A stretch of 64,000 bases of DNA from Firmicutes bacterium ADurb.Bin146 (GTDB lineage Bacteria; Bacillota; Clostridia; DUPQ01): the NCBI GenBank assembly GCA_002070475.1, contig MWDI01000023.1, positions 27,567 through 91,566 of the forward strand, in the 5' to 3' direction. The translations under genes and the position numbers were made by a program. The notes under the pieces are model-generated. The model saw only the letters and a program-made list of their open reading frames with translations. It was not told the DNA's origin and did not search any database. Of this stretch, positions 8,395-19,317 are shown piece after piece. The stretch's first letter is position 1; every line of letters begins with the position of its first letter.

Positions 8395-10827
8395 TCACTT
8401 CTTAAGCACCCCTATAAGCCCTTTGATTATATTGCCATTAAGCATTGTCACTATAGACTCTACCTTAGCTTTTGTAAACATCCCTCCTGTCATTGTACAT
8501 AAAGACCTTAATGGCATATCATAAATCATACCATCAATCATTCGTTTTACGCTTTCTTGATCTTTTGCAAGTTCCTTAGCAGTCCTTGTCGCATAACCTT
8601 CAAATAGTTTTATCAAAATCCTGCCTGTTAAAGATGTCTTAATATCCTTAACCGTACTGTTAATTGTAAATGGCCTGATAGAAGGTTCATTTGGAATCTC
8701 AAATCCCAACAATGCCCTGAACTGGTCATCAGGTATATTCAATGTCTCTTTGCTTAAAGCATAATATGCAGGCGCTTTTTGGCTTAAATCCGGAATGCGG
8801 ACCGTATCATCTCCTTTTATATCTATTTGCGCTGATAAACGGGTATCTCTTGATGAAGAGGATATTTCAATAAAATATCTTCCGCTTTCAACATGCCAAT
8901 CGGATATATATACATTCCAATATGCAAAAGCGCGCTTACCCAGTTCAAATGTAACTGTCTTTTCTTCTAGTGGTTTTAATGTGACTTTTGTAAACTGCTT
9001 CAATTCCCTTAATGGTCTGAATATGGAATTAGAGGATGCTCTAACATAAAGCTGCACAACTTCTTTCGCTTCAATAAAGCTTGTGTTCTTTATTTTGCAT
9101 TTGACAGTCAAAATCTCATCCTGATTCATTTTAGACTTATCCAGGCTCAATCCTGAATATTCAAATTTCGCATATGAAAGCCCATATCCAAACGGGAAAG
9201 CAACAGGTTTATTTGCAGTGTCATAATACCTGTAACCCACATATATGCTCTCCCTGTACTCTACTATCTTCTTCTTTGCAAACCAGTTATATGAAGGATT
9301 ATCTTCCAGTGCTTTAGGAAAGCTTTCAGCAAGTTTTCCGCATGGGCTGTAATCCCCGAATATCAGATCATATACCGCCCCACCATTATTCTGGCCTGTT
9401 AGATACATAAGAAGAGCTCCTTTTACCAGCTTCATCCATGGCATCACAACTACTCCGCCTGTATAGATTACTGCGACAGTCGATTTATTAGCATTACATA
9501 TACTCTCAATCAGCATAGTATGTGAAGGTGGTAGTTCCAGATGAGTCCTGTCATATCCTTCAGATTCATAAGCATCAGGGAGACCTGCAAAAACTATAGC
9601 AACATCAGCTCTTTTCGCAGCTTTCACAGCTTCAGTTATGAGCTGCATATCAGGCATATCGCTTTTAGCGTCATATCCTCGAGCATATTCGAAATCTATA
9701 CCTTTTTTTGTGAACTCATCGACAACATTTGTCACTTTATATGAAGCTACTAAAGAGCTCCCTGCACCTTGATATCTCGGTATTTTTGCAAACTCTCCTA
9801 TGACTGCGACTTTTGTACCCTTCTTAATTGGCAGGATATCATCATTTTTTAAAAGAACAGCACTTTCTCTTGCTATCCTTCTTGCTAGATTATTATGTTC
9901 ATCCATATCGCAAGATTCTTTTTTCACATCAGAAGATGCTAAAGCCAGAGCTATCATATGTACTGCGCATTTATTTAATGCATTAATATCAAGCAGTCTG
10001 TTTTTTACAGCATGCACTATTGATTTATCATTTTCCGGTCCTGAATATGGCATTTCTAAATCTAGTCCCGCTTCAACCCCTTCATTACGATTGTTGACTG
10101 ATCCCCAATCGGACACTACAGCTCCTTTGAATCCCCATTCATCTCTGAGTATTTCAGTAAGATACTTTTTATTCTCTGAAGCATAAGTCCCGTTAATTTT
10201 GTTATATGAGCACATGACAGTCCATGGCTGGGATTCTCTTACTGATGCTTCAAATGCTGGTAAATAAATTTCTCTTAATGCTCTTTCATCCACTATTGAG
10301 TCAGATACAAGCCTGAGTTTTTCCTGGCTGTTTGCCAGATAATGCTTTATCGAAGCTCCGATATTCTTACTTTGAATACCATTAATATACTGCTTGGCCA
10401 TAGCTGCTGTAAGATAAGGATCCTCACTGTAGTATTCGAAGTTTCTACCGCATAGTGGAGACCTTTTAATATTTACTGCAGGACCTAATAACACAGATAC
10501 TTCCTGTTCAATACATTCCTCACCCAAAGCCTGCCCCATTTCAAACATAAGCTCTTTATCAAAGGAACAGGCGCATGTTGCTGCAGGCGGGAAACATGTC
10601 GCAGGATACGATTCATTAATCCCGAGATGATCTGCTTCATCTTTTTGTTTTCGTAATCCATGTGGTCCATCAGTCATCATAATCGACAAAACAGATAACT
10701 CTTCTATCGGCTTTGTATGCCAGAAATCCTTGCCTGAACATAAGGATGCTTTCTGCTCTACAGTCATTTTAGCTGCAATCTGTTTAGCTTTATCAAAATA
10801 CTCCTGGTTTATTGCATACTGTGTCAT
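8395..10827 (-). CDS. Glycoside hydrolase family 3 (beta-glucosidase/BglX-like)
   Basis: 810 aa. GH3 N-domain motifs (MMTDGPHGLRKQ, KHYLANSQE, GFKGAVVSDWGS with nucleophile Asp) and a C-terminal fibronectin-like region. Confidence 0.85.
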   Translation of the reverse strand: MTQYAINQEYFDKAKQIAAKMTVEQKASLCSGKDFWHTKPIEELSVLSIMMTDGPHGLRKQKDEADHLGINESYPATCFPPAATCACSFDKELMFEMGQALGEECIEQEVSVLLGPAVNIKRSPLCGRNFEYYSEDPYLTAAMAKQYINGIQSKNIGASIKHYLANSQEKLRLVSDSIVDERALREIYLPAFEASVRESQPWTVMCSYNKINGTYASENKKYLTEILRDEWGFKGAVVSDWGSVNNRNEGVEAGLDLEMPYSGPENDKSIVHAVKNRLLDINALNKCAVHMIALALASSDVKKESCDMDEHNNLARRIARESAVLLKNDDILPIKKGTKVAVIGEFAKIPRYQGAGSSLVASYKVTNVVDEFTKKGIDFEYARGYDAKSDMPDMQLITEAVKAAKRADVAIVFAGLPDAYESEGYDRTHLELPPSHTMLIESICNANKSTVAVIYTGGVVVMPWMKLVKGALLMYLTGQNNGGAVYDLIFGDYSPCGKLAESFPKALEDNPSYNWFAKKKIVEYRESIYVGYRYYDTANKPVAFPFGYGLSYAKFEYSGLSLDKSKMNQDEILTVKCKIKNTSFIEAKEVVQLYVRASSNSIFRPLRELKQFTKVTLKPLEEKTVTFELGKRAFAYWNVYISDWHVESGRYFIEISSSSRDTRLSAQIDIKGDDTVRIPDLSQKAPAYYALSKETLNIPDDQFRALLGFEIPNEPSIRPFTINSTVKDIKTSLTGRILIKLFEGYATRTAKELAKDQESVKRMIDGMIYDMPLRSLCTMTGGMFTKAKVESIVTMLNGNIIKGLIGVLKK

Positions 10828-10944
10828 TTTTCCCTACCTCCTTAAAGAAGCCGTCACAAAAAAGGAATTTATTTACATTAATCACATTACTCTTATAACA
10901 TAGTGTAATTTGATTATAATGTCAATAAGTCTGTTTTTTTATAA

Positions 10945-10970
10945 CAAAAAACCGCCTGTATTAGGCGGTT
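10945..10970 (-). terminator. Intrinsic terminator after the small membrane-protein gene
   Basis: Minus strand: AACCGCCUAAUACAGGCGGUU followed by UUUUUG. Confidence 0.75.
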
Positions 10971-10987
10971 TGTATGTATTGTGACTG

Positions 10988-11275
10988 TTATTGCTCGATT
11001 GTAATCTTCTTTTCTTCTTCTTTGAAGTAATCTTCGTAGTAAGCATTTCTTTCGTCTTCTTTCATCTTGTTAGCTTTGTAGAACAAATAGAATGATGGAA
11101 GAAGGAATACTAGTCCTACAACATACCATACCCACATGTGCCATCTTGCCATATATTGCTCGTTCATATATACAAGTCTCATGAACATTCCAAAAGTAAC
11201 GCCTTCGAAACCTATAGCGAAGATCACAATTGCTATCTTCATTAACTTTGAACTTTTACTGCTCTTATCATCCAT
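10988..11275 (-). CDS. Small membrane protein, function unknown
   Basis: 95 aa with two clear hydrophobic helices (IAIVIFAIGFEGVTFGMFM, VWYVVGLVFLLPSFYLF). Has its own promoter and terminator. Confidence 0.55.
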   Translation of the reverse strand: MDDKSSKSSKLMKIAIVIFAIGFEGVTFGMFMRLVYMNEQYMARWHMWVWYVVGLVFLLPSFYLFYKANKMKEDERNAYYEDYFKEEEKKITIEQ

Positions 11276-11325
11276 TTAAATATGTACCTCCTGCAAGTAG
11301 CATTAACATACGATTTACTCTGTAA

Positions 11326-11354
11326 ATTATATCATCGCATATCTTTGTTGTCAA
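11326..11354 (-). promoter_or_regulatory. Sigma-A type promoter for the small membrane-protein gene
   Basis: Minus strand: TTGACA (11354-11349), 17 nt spacer, TATAAT (11331-11326). Confidence 0.6.
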
Positions 11355-11422
11355 ACGATTTGAATTGTTTTTAAATATTTGTTCAAGTTGCATAATTACA
11401 AGTTTTAAATATATGTATTTTA

Positions 11423-12181
11423 CTAAATTCTAACCGAAATGCCTTTGTTTTTTAAGGCATATTTAAGTTCTATTATATCCAATTCATGAAAGTGAAATAA
11501 TGATGCCGCTAATGCCGCATCTGCATGACCTATTGAAAGAACATCATAAAAGTCCTGTATGGTTCCAGCTCCTCCCGAAGCTATAACAGGTATATTTACT
11601 GCTTTTGATACCATTTTGGTAAGTTCCAGTTCGAATCCTTTTTTAGTACCGTCTGTATCCATTGACGTAAGCAGTATTTCTCCGGCACCAAGTTGTTCGC
11701 ATTTTATCGCCCAGTCTACAACATTTAAAAATGTATTGTCTCTGCCTCCGTTTATATAAACCATGTAGCTTCCGTCTTCTTGCTTTTTAGCATCTATAGC
11801 AGCAACTACGCACTGGGAACCGAACATGCTTGAAGCTTCTGATATAAGAGAAGGATTTAATACAGCTGCTGTATTTACTGATACCTTATCTGCTCCTGCT
11901 CTTAGTAAAGCGGTAAAATCTTCAATAGTCTTTATTCCGCCCCCCACTGTAAAAGGTATAAATACCTCTGAAGCTACTTTTTCGACCATGGAAAGCGTAA
12001 TATCTCTTTTTTCATAAGATGCCGTAATGTCTAAAAATACCAGCTCATCCGCCCCTTTTGCGTTATAAGCCTTTGCTGTCTCTACAGGATCACCAGCATC
12101 AACAAGATCACAAAAGTTTATTCCTTTTACTACTCTTCCTTTATTTATATCAAGACATGGTATTATCCTTTTTGTGTACAT
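11423..12181 (-). CDS. hisF: Imidazole glycerol phosphate synthase, cyclase subunit
   Basis: [20 protein letters not shown]..., a canonical HisF N-terminus. 252 aa. Confidence 0.95.
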   Translation of the reverse strand: MYTKRIIPCLDINKGRVVKGINFCDLVDAGDPVETAKAYNAKGADELVFLDITASYEKRDITLSMVEKVASEVFIPFTVGGGIKTIEDFTALLRAGADKVSVNTAAVLNPSLISEASSMFGSQCVVAAIDAKKQEDGSYMVYINGGRDNTFLNVVDWAIKCEQLGAGEILLTSMDTDGTKKGFELELTKMVSKAVNIPVIASGGAGTIQDFYDVLSIGHADAALAASLFHFHELDIIELKYALKNKGISVRI

Positions 12182-12203
12182 TATATACTCCTTTTTATCT
12201 ATG

Positions 12204-12920
12204 CTAAATATTCTGATCGCTAAAAAGTTCTTCCAGTTTTATCTTTCCCTCATATATAGCTTTGCCTGTAATCACACCGTAAGCATTGACTTTTTTGATA
12301 TTTCGAATATCCTGCATATCTTTTATGCCTCCTGAAGCAACTATATCCAGTCCGGTTTTTTCAATCATCTGTTTTAATGCGTCAATATTTGCCCCATCCA
12401 ATGTCCCGTCTTTTGCAATATCTGTATATACAATGGACTGAACACCCAAAGCTTTCATATGTAATGCTGTGCTTATGGCATCCTTTTGGCTGTTAGCAGT
12501 CCAACCTTCAGTTGAAACAAAACCGTTAAGAGTATCAATACCTGCTACTATTCTTTTGCCATATTTCTTAACTGCTTTTTCTACTAAGCAAGGGTCCTTT
12601 ATCGCAGCAGTTCCAAGTATCACTCTATCAGCTTTTGCTTGTACCAGTTCATCTATTCTCTCCATTGTCCGTACTCCGCCGCCTGTTTGCACTAAAAGAC
12701 CTGTTTCAATACATATTTTTTTAATAATCTCAAGATTCTTTGATTTGCCTGACTTTGCTCCGTCAAGGTCTACTATATGTATATGAGTCGCACCAGCTTT
12801 TTTAAAAGTGAAAGCCATCTTTAAAGGATCATCAGAGTATTTTGTCACCTGATCGTAATCGCCTTTGTACAGCCTTACGCAGTTTCCGTCAAGTATATCA
12901 ATTGCAGGATATATAATCAT
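12204..12920 (-). CDS. hisA: ProFAR isomerase (1-(5-phosphoribosyl)-5-[(5-phosphoribosylamino)methylideneamino]imidazole-4-carboxamide isomerase)
   Basis: [22 protein letters not shown] is a HisA signature. Start moved to the second ATG (12920), which overlaps the hisH stop. Confidence 0.9.
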   Translation of the reverse strand: MIIYPAIDILDGNCVRLYKGDYDQVTKYSDDPLKMAFTFKKAGATHIHIVDLDGAKSGKSKNLEIIKKICIETGLLVQTGGGVRTMERIDELVQAKADRVILGTAAIKDPCLVEKAVKKYGKRIVAGIDTLNGFVSTEGWTANSQKDAISTALHMKALGVQSIVYTDIAKDGTLDGANIDALKQMIEKTGLDIVASGGIKDMQDIRNIKKVNAYGVITGKAIYEGKIKLEELFSDQNI

Positions 12921-13552
12921 TTTTTCACCCATTTTCTTAATAATTCAATACCTTCATTACCGCTTTTTTCCGGATGGAACTGGCAGGCAAGGATATTGTC
13001 TTTTTCTACTGCTGATGCGAATCTGATTCCGTACTCGGTATATATGAAAAAATCTTTTTCTTTACCGGTACTATTCATAGTATCAGCATAATATGAATGT
13101 ACAAAGTAAAAATATCTTTTGTCAAATTGTTTAAGCATACCTGTGCTATTAGCAGAATCAATACTGTTCCAGCCGATCTGAGGCACTTTCAAACCAGATC
13201 TGTTGCTGAACTTTTTAACCTGACCATTAAGAATATTGAGACCTTTAACAACATTTTTGTCTGAATTCTGAGTAAAATCCTCTTCTGATGATTCAAAAAG
13301 CAACTGATATCCTAAACATATCCCTAAAAAACTCTTGCCTTTTTTTATCTCTTCCTTAAGAGCCTGATCCATATTCCTTTTCATTAAGTTATCTATGGCT
13401 TTAGAGAATGCGCCAACACCTGGCAGAACTATGCTGTCATATTTTTTCAACATATAAGGGTCAGCTATTGGCTTTGCATCACATCCTAAATATGAAAAAG
13501 CTTTCAGTACACTGCCGATATTACCCATTCCATAGTCGATTATCGCTATCAC
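12917..13552 (-). CDS. hisH: Imidazole glycerol phosphate synthase, glutaminase subunit
   Basis: MIAIIDYGMGNIGSV, GICLGYQLL (nucleophile Cys) and QFHPEKS triad motifs. Confidence 0.95.
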   Translation of the reverse strand: MIAIIDYGMGNIGSVLKAFSYLGCDAKPIADPYMLKKYDSIVLPGVGAFSKAIDNLMKRNMDQALKEEIKKGKSFLGICLGYQLLFESSEEDFTQNSDKNVVKGLNILNGQVKKFSNRSGLKVPQIGWNSIDSANSTGMLKQFDKRYFYFVHSYYADTMNSTGKEKDFFIYTEYGIRFASAVEKDNILACQFHPEKSGNEGIELLRKWVKK

Positions 13553-14394
13553 TTTACAAGCCTTTCGTATGCTTCTTTGTATTTGCTCATAGTCTGGGTG
13601 ATAACATGCTTTGTGAGTTTTGGTGCAGGAGGCATTTTATTCCAACCCATTGTTTCAAGATATTCTCTTAGATACTGCTTGTCAAAGCTCTTTTGGGAAC
13701 GACCCGGCATGTAATCTTTTATATCCCAGAATCTGGAAGAATCAGGAGTGAATATCTCGTCTGCTAATATCAATTTCCCATCAAGTATTCCAAATTCAAA
13801 TTTGGTATCTGCAATAATTATTCCTTTTTGCATGGCATATTCGCTAACTTTTATATACAGCTCAAGGCTTTTTTGTTTTAAAAGAGCAGCAATTTCTGCT
13901 CCAACAATATTTACTGTCTCTTGATATGAAGTGTTTAAATCATGTCCTTCTTCTGCTTTTATCGAGGGTGTAAAAATTGGCTCGTCAAGTTTGTCTGCTT
14001 GTTTTAAGCCTTTTCTTAAAGGGATTTTACAGATACATCCTTCTTTCATGTACTCCTTTAAGCCGCTTCCTTCAAGATAACCTCTAACAACGCATTCTAT
14101 AGGAAGCATTTCAATCTTTCTCACCAGCATGGACCGACCTTTAAAATACTCATTTTGATTGAAAGGTGGTGGTAACTTTTCATATTTTGATGTAATCATG
14201 TGATTATCAATAATATCTTTTGTGTATTCAAAGAAGAATGCTGAAATGCTGTTAAGTATTATGCCTTTTGATGGTATAGTCTCTTTAAATACGCAATCAA
14301 AAGCTGATATCCTGTCTGATGCTACCATCAATATGTTTGAACCTAAGTCATATAGGTCCCTTACTTTTCCTGTCTTAAAAGGTTTTATATCCAT
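13549..14394 (-). CDS. purC: SAICAR synthetase (phosphoribosylaminoimidazole-succinocarboxamide synthase)
   Basis: GKVRDLYD...LMVASDRISAFD, IADTKFEFG and TPDSSRFW are PurC long-form motifs. Embedded between hisB and hisH with overlapping stop/start codons. Confidence 0.85.
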   Translation of the reverse strand: MDIKPFKTGKVRDLYDLGSNILMVASDRISAFDCVFKETIPSKGIILNSISAFFFEYTKDIIDNHMITSKYEKLPPPFNQNEYFKGRSMLVRKIEMLPIECVVRGYLEGSGLKEYMKEGCICKIPLRKGLKQADKLDEPIFTPSIKAEEGHDLNTSYQETVNIVGAEIAALLKQKSLELYIKVSEYAMQKGIIIADTKFEFGILDGKLILADEIFTPDSSRFWDIKDYMPGRSQKSFDKQYLREYLETMGWNKMPPAPKLTKHVITQTMSKYKEAYERLVK

Positions 14395-14978
14395 TAGATT
14401 TCACCTTTGGTTGAGGGTATTCCAGTTTCCTTATTATCTATTGTAACAGCTTGTCTTAAACTTCTTGCAAGGCCTTTGAATATACTTTCCGCTATATGAT
14501 GCCTATTGGACCCATACAACACATTTATGTGTATGTTTGCTCCTAAATTGCAGGCAAAAGCTGTTATAAATTCCTCGACTGTCTCAAAATCCATTTCTCC
14601 CATCCTGCCTTGGCTTACCGGGCAGTTGAATACCGCAAATGGCCTTCCGCTTAAGTCAATAGTGACATTTGAAAGCGCTTCATCCATGGGTATTGATGCG
14701 AATCCGTATCTGTTGATTTTTTCTTTGTTGCCGAGAGCTTTTTTTAAAGCAGATGCCAGAGCTATTGCGGTATCTTCTATAGTGTGATGACCGTCAACAG
14801 ATATGTCGCCTGAAGCTTCAACTTTTAAATCAATTAGAGAATGTCTGGAAAATAGCTCCAGCATATGATTAAAAAACCCAATACCGGTTTCAACAGAGTA
14901 TTTCCCTGTACCGTCTATATCAAGATTTATGAGTATGTCAGTCTCATTTGTTTTTCTTCTTAAATCAGCTGTCCTCAT
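14394..14978 (-). CDS. hisB: Imidazoleglycerol-phosphate dehydratase
   Basis: RKTNETDI, GIGFFNHML and DGHHTIED are IGPD signatures. Monofunctional size (194 aa). Confidence 0.95.
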   Translation of the reverse strand: MRTADLRRKTNETDILINLDIDGTGKYSVETGIGFFNHMLELFSRHSLIDLKVEASGDISVDGHHTIEDTAIALASALKKALGNKEKINRYGFASIPMDEALSNVTIDLSGRPFAVFNCPVSQGRMGEMDFETVEEFITAFACNLGANIHINVLYGSNRHHIAESIFKGLARSLRQAVTIDNKETGIPSTKGEI

Positions 14979-16030
14979 TTTTGCATTATCTCCTTTGCTA
15001 TTAAAAAAAGAGTATCCATATCAGAATCAGTTCCGACAGATATTCTTACATAATCGTGAATATAGTCCCACTGCCTGATTAGTATACCCAAGTCTTTGAA
15101 TTTTGTATATATTGTATATGAGTCAAATCCAGGAAATTTTACAAAAAGAAAATTGCTTTGCGAAGGCAATACATTGCATCCTATTTCCCTTAGCGCTGAT
15201 GCAGTCTTATCCCTTGTAGCTTTTACCTTTTTGTTTATATTGTCATAATACTTCTGGTCTTTTATAGCCGCTAATGCGCTTTTTTGTGCAAGAGTGTCTA
15301 TCGGATAGGAATTAAAACAATTCTTGATGGTATTAAGAGCGTTAATAAGCATCTTGTTGCCTATTGCATAACCTATCCTCATGCCAGCTAGACAATAGGA
15401 TTTGGAAAATGTCCTAACCACAAGCAGATTTTCATATTTATTTACATAATCAGCCATGGATTTCTGCTCAGCAAAGTCCATGTATGCCTCATCTACAAGT
15501 ATCAGCCTTTCTTTATTTTTTTCTAGTAAAGAGCATATATATGTATCGGATAATAATTCACCTGTCGGAGCATTGGGATTTGCTATTATTAATGGATTAC
15601 TGTTTCTGCTCATAGCTTCTTTATCTATGGAATAATCCTCATCCATATCCATAATGTCAGCAGCAACATCATATAGCTTGCAGTATACCGGATAAAAACT
15701 GTAAGTTATCTTTGGAAATGATACTGTCTTTTGCGCGAAGAAAGCATTAAAAGCAAAAGCTAGAAGTTCATCTGAACCATTTGATACGAAAATCATATCC
15801 AAACCAACACTGTGTTTTTCAGCTAGTGCAGCTGTTAATTCCTTGCAGGAAGGATCAGGATAAAGCCTTAAAGACTCACCGGTATTTGCTCTTATGGCGT
15901 CAAGAGTATTTTTTGATGGAGGATAAGGATTCTCATTGGTATTGAGTTTGATATATCTTTTATCGTTCAGCTGCTCTCCAGGTGTATATGGTTGCAGTCT
16001 GTTCAAAACATCAGAAAACATGCTATTCAT
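14975..16030 (-). CDS. hisC: Histidinol-phosphate aminotransferase
   Basis: YPDP, NPNAPTG and RTFSKSY (PLP Lys) motifs. Start moved to ATG 16030 (MNSMF), preceded by GAGGGG. The track start at 16045 is a TTG. Confidence 0.9.
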   Translation of the reverse strand: MNSMFSDVLNRLQPYTPGEQLNDKRYIKLNTNENPYPPSKNTLDAIRANTGESLRLYPDPSCKELTAALAEKHSVGLDMIFVSNGSDELLAFAFNAFFAQKTVSFPKITYSFYPVYCKLYDVAADIMDMDEDYSIDKEAMSRNSNPLIIANPNAPTGELLSDTYICSLLEKNKERLILVDEAYMDFAEQKSMADYVNKYENLLVVRTFSKSYCLAGMRIGYAIGNKMLINALNTIKNCFNSYPIDTLAQKSALAAIKDQKYYDNINKKVKATRDKTASALREIGCNVLPSQSNFLFVKFPGFDSYTIYTKFKDLGILIRQWDYIHDYVRISVGTDSDMDTLFLIAKEIMQK

Positions 16031-17309
16031 CTTTTTTCCCCTCAAAACGTATATTTACAGCATTTGCATGGGCATCCAGTTCTTCACATTTTGCAAACAA
16101 TGATATGCTTTTATATGCTTTTTCTAATTCTGTCCTATCATACTGTATAACACTGCTCTTTTTCATAAAATCATATACTCCGAGAACAGAAAAAAATCTT
16201 GCTGTTCCTGCTGTAGGCAACGTGTGATTAGGCCCGGCATAATAGTCACCAAGAGGTTCTGGTGAATAAGGTCCAACAAAAACCGCACCTGCCTGAGTTA
16301 TAAAATCCGAATAGAATTCAGCATCTTTGGTAACAATTTCCGCATGTTCTGGAGCGCATTCATTTAAAATATCTATGCATTCCATTATGTCCTTACCTAT
16401 ATATATTGCTGAGTTATTCTTTATGCATTCTGTTATAATATCGCTTCTTTTAAGCTTATCTTTTTGAATGGATATCTGTTTTATTACTTTTTCTGCTAAC
16501 TGTTTAGAAGTAGTAAGCAAAGAAGATACTGAAAGCTTATCATGTTCCGCCTGGCTTAGCATATCCGCAGCTATAAATCCTGCATCAGCAGTCTCATCAG
16601 CGATTATCATTATTTCCGAAGGACCTGCAACCATATCTATACCGCAGTATCCGTAAGCCATCTTTTTAGCATATGCGACATATATGTTTCCAGGACCTGT
16701 TATCTTATCGACTTTGGGTATGGTTTCAGTTCCGAAGGCCATAGCAAATATCGCCTGTGCACCACCTGCTTTGTATATTTTTGTTACATGAGCTTCATTT
16801 GCAGCTACAATACGCGCGGCATCTATTATAGGAGGGGTGCACATTACTATTTCTTTTACACCTGCGCAATAAGCCGGTACTGCATTCATTATGACTGATG
16901 AAATTAATGGTGCTGTACCGCCGGGTATATATATGCCAACGCTTCTTAATGGAGTCACTTTCTGGCCGATTTTTATGCCTTCAGTCTTATTCCATAAAAA
17001 ACTTTTCTCTTTCTGCTTTAAAGAATATGATGCTACATTAAGTATAGCCTGCTGTATAACAGAAAGAAGGTCTTTATCTATCTGTTTATATGCCATATCA
17101 ATCTCTTCTTTTGTAACTAAAAGCTCCTCAGGTAAAAGACTGACTTTATCAAACTTTTCGGTATAGCGGATTAAAGCAGCATCTTTTTCTTTCCTTATAT
17201 CCATCATGATATCTGACACGACATCATATACTTTTTTATCATCCAAAAAACCGTCACGCCTTACTCTTTTTACAAATCCTGCCCTGTCATTATCAAATAT
17301 AGGGATCAT
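16023..17309 (-). CDS. hisD: Histidinol dehydrogenase
   Basis: 428 aa with GGAQAI, GPGNIYV, QAEHD and PEH motifs. Confidence 0.95.
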   Translation of the reverse strand: MIPIFDNDRAGFVKRVRRDGFLDDKKVYDVVSDIMMDIRKEKDAALIRYTEKFDKVSLLPEELLVTKEEIDMAYKQIDKDLLSVIQQAILNVASYSLKQKEKSFLWNKTEGIKIGQKVTPLRSVGIYIPGGTAPLISSVIMNAVPAYCAGVKEIVMCTPPIIDAARIVAANEAHVTKIYKAGGAQAIFAMAFGTETIPKVDKITGPGNIYVAYAKKMAYGYCGIDMVAGPSEIMIIADETADAGFIAADMLSQAEHDKLSVSSLLTTSKQLAEKVIKQISIQKDKLKRSDIITECIKNNSAIYIGKDIMECIDILNECAPEHAEIVTKDAEFYSDFITQAGAVFVGPYSPEPLGDYYAGPNHTLPTAGTARFFSVLGVYDFMKKSSVIQYDRTELEKAYKSISLFAKCEELDAHANAVNIRFEGKKDE

Positions 17310-17943
17310 TCTTAAGCTCCTTTTTAAGTGTCTGTATTATATATGAAATCTTATCGGTCTTCATATTCATACTTACCTTGTTTACTATAAGGTGTGCGGA
17401 TATGTCGCATATCTTTTCTAGCACTGTAAGACCGTTAGCCTGTAGAGTTTTCCCGCTTTCCACTATATCTACTATGAGCTCGGAAAGATTGCATAAAGGC
17501 GCGAGCTCGACCGACCCGTTTAGTTTAATTATTTCCACATTCTCATTCTTTACATTCCTGTAATATTCATTGGCTATCTTAGGATATTTCGTGGCTACCC
17601 TCTTGTTTACTATCTCATCTGTCTTGCCAAGATACTTAGCTTCTCCTGCTACACACATCCTGCAAGAGCCAAAACCAAGATTAAGTACGTCATACAAATT
17701 TCTAGATTCCTCCATAAGCGTGTCTTTTCCTGCGACTCCCATATCAGCAGCTCCATATTCCACATAAACAGGAACATCAGCAGCTTTCACCAAGAATATC
17801 TTGAGTTTGTTCACTTCATCTGTATGAATAAGTTTTCTGGAATCCTCATCTATATCCTTACATGGAATCCCTGCTTTTTTAAAAAGTTCTATTGTCTGTA
17901 CTGCAAGCCTACCTTTAGGCAACGCTATCTTCAGATATTCCAT
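17293..17943 (-). CDS. hisG: ATP phosphoribosyltransferase, short (HisZ-dependent) form
   Basis: [10 protein letters not shown] at the N-terminus, about 215 aa. Start moved to ATG 17943, preceded by GGAGGAAG. Confidence 0.9.
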   Translation of the reverse strand: MEYLKIALPKGRLAVQTIELFKKAGIPCKDIDEDSRKLIHTDEVNKLKIFLVKAADVPVYVEYGAADMGVAGKDTLMEESRNLYDVLNLGFGSCRMCVAGEAKYLGKTDEIVNKRVATKYPKIANEYYRNVKNENVEIIKLNGSVELAPLCNLSELIVDIVESGKTLQANGLTVLEKICDISAHLIVNKVSMNMKTDKISYIIQTLKKELKNDPYI

Positions 17944-19169
17944 GTCTTCCTCCATTTGTCAAAATCCATATTTTCGACTATTCCGTTGCTATATACCAAA
18001 ACTGTATCCATGCTCATGCATCGTGCCATCATTAAAGCATTTCTCTCCTGCATATATTTTATGAGGTCATCACTGTCAGGCATGACTTGTAAATTTCTTT
18101 CTTCTTCAATATCCTTTGTTATTGATAATACCTTATTCCTCATTTCTTCAGAAAATGAGATAATAGTCGGACTTTTAATCATATCTTCATCCAACCCTTG
18201 TCTCTCAATTGCCTTTAAAGCCATCTCCAGACTCAATGAGAATCCTGTAGCTTCCAGCTGCTTTCCCATCTTTTTAGCAAGGTTATCATATCTTCCGCCT
18301 GCCAAAATGGAAAAACCCATCTGGTATGTATTACCATTAAAAATCATTCCGGTATAGTATCCAAGTTTCTTAACCATGGAAAGGTCAACGGTAATATACT
18401 TGCTACAACCCATCTGCTCTAGTATATCTAGTATGCTTTTCAGATTTTTCAGGGCTTGTAATGATCTTGCATTTAACTTGGTTTCAATAAGTTTCTCAAT
18501 TAGTTTTTTATCTCCAAAATAACCTGTAATAGAGGTAATATGATTATATATGCTTTTTTCCATCTTTTTTCCATCAAGAAATTCAGATATTCCGAAGCTG
18601 TCTTTGCTGTCTATCATTTTTGAAACAATCTCGCACTCTTTTTGACTAAGTGATGCCTGCTCAGCAAGACCGTTAAAAAATTCAACCTGGCCTATCTGTA
18701 TAGATATATCATTAATCCCTATTCTTTTTGCAGCGTTAATTGCAAGTTTTATGACTAATGCATCATAGTATGGATTATCACTGCCTATTATCTCTGCTCC
18801 GCACTGTGTGAATTCTCTTTGTTTGCCTCCCCCGAACTCATCTGCTCTAAAGCATTTGGCTATATAGGATAACTTATATGGGAGAGCTTCGTATCTTATT
18901 TTTGTTGCAGCTACCCTGCAGGAAGGAACTGTCATATCCGGTCTTAATACCAATAGACTTCCTGTTTTATCTATAAGCTTGAATATATCCTGTTGATTTA
19001 CATATTCATTCTCACCATAATACATATCGAAATATTCTAAACAAGGAGTTTCTATTTCCATAAAACCATAATTACTGAACAATTTCCTAAGTTTTTCTTC
19101 TTTAATTTTCTTTACATAGCACTTGATATCAGTCAGATCGTTCATGCCCTCTGGATTGTGATATGCCAT
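17931..19169 (-). CDS. hisZ: ATP phosphoribosyltransferase regulatory subunit (HisRS paralogue)
   Basis: Class II aaRS-like core ([39 protein letters not shown]) without an anticodon-binding tail. First gene of the his operon. Confidence 0.9.
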   Translation of the reverse strand: MAYHNPEGMNDLTDIKCYVKKIKEEKLRKLFSNYGFMEIETPCLEYFDMYYGENEYVNQQDIFKLIDKTGSLLVLRPDMTVPSCRVAATKIRYEALPYKLSYIAKCFRADEFGGGKQREFTQCGAEIIGSDNPYYDALVIKLAINAAKRIGINDISIQIGQVEFFNGLAEQASLSQKECEIVSKMIDSKDSFGISEFLDGKKMEKSIYNHITSITGYFGDKKLIEKLIETKLNARSLQALKNLKSILDILEQMGCSKYITVDLSMVKKLGYYTGMIFNGNTYQMGFSILAGGRYDNLAKKMGKQLEATGFSLSLEMALKAIERQGLDEDMIKSPTIISFSEEMRNKVLSITKDIEEERNLQVMPDSDDLIKYMQERNALMMARCMSMDTVLVYSNGIVENMDFDKWRKTWNI

Positions 19170-19220
19170 TTCCTCTCCTTACTTCATCACACTAAAGCGA
19201 TGAATTGCTAAAGTGTGTAT

Positions 19221-19249
19221 ATCTTACCACCATCATTATACCCTGTCAA
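19221..19249 (-). promoter_or_regulatory. Putative his operon promoter
   Basis: Minus strand: TTGACA (19249-19244), 17 nt spacer, TAAGAT (19226-19221). The -10 is weak. Confidence 0.4.
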
Positions 19250-19257
19250 CCACATAT

Positions 19258-19282
19258 TTAAAAAATCCAGATTACTGGATTT
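19258..19282 (-). terminator. Intrinsic terminator after the ThiT-like gene
   Basis: Minus strand: AAUCCAG-UAAU-CUGGAUU hairpin followed by UUUUUU. Confidence 0.7.
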
Positions 19283-19317
19283 TCTAAATAGCAATAATTT
19301 ATTTTAATTATCTTTAA

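Noticed and set aside
19170-19257. T-box or histidine leader-peptide attenuator upstream of hisZ
   Set aside because: The putative leader is under 60 nt. I saw no T-box consensus (AGGGUGGNACCGCG-like), no specifier hairpin, no His-codon-rich mini-ORF and no terminator.
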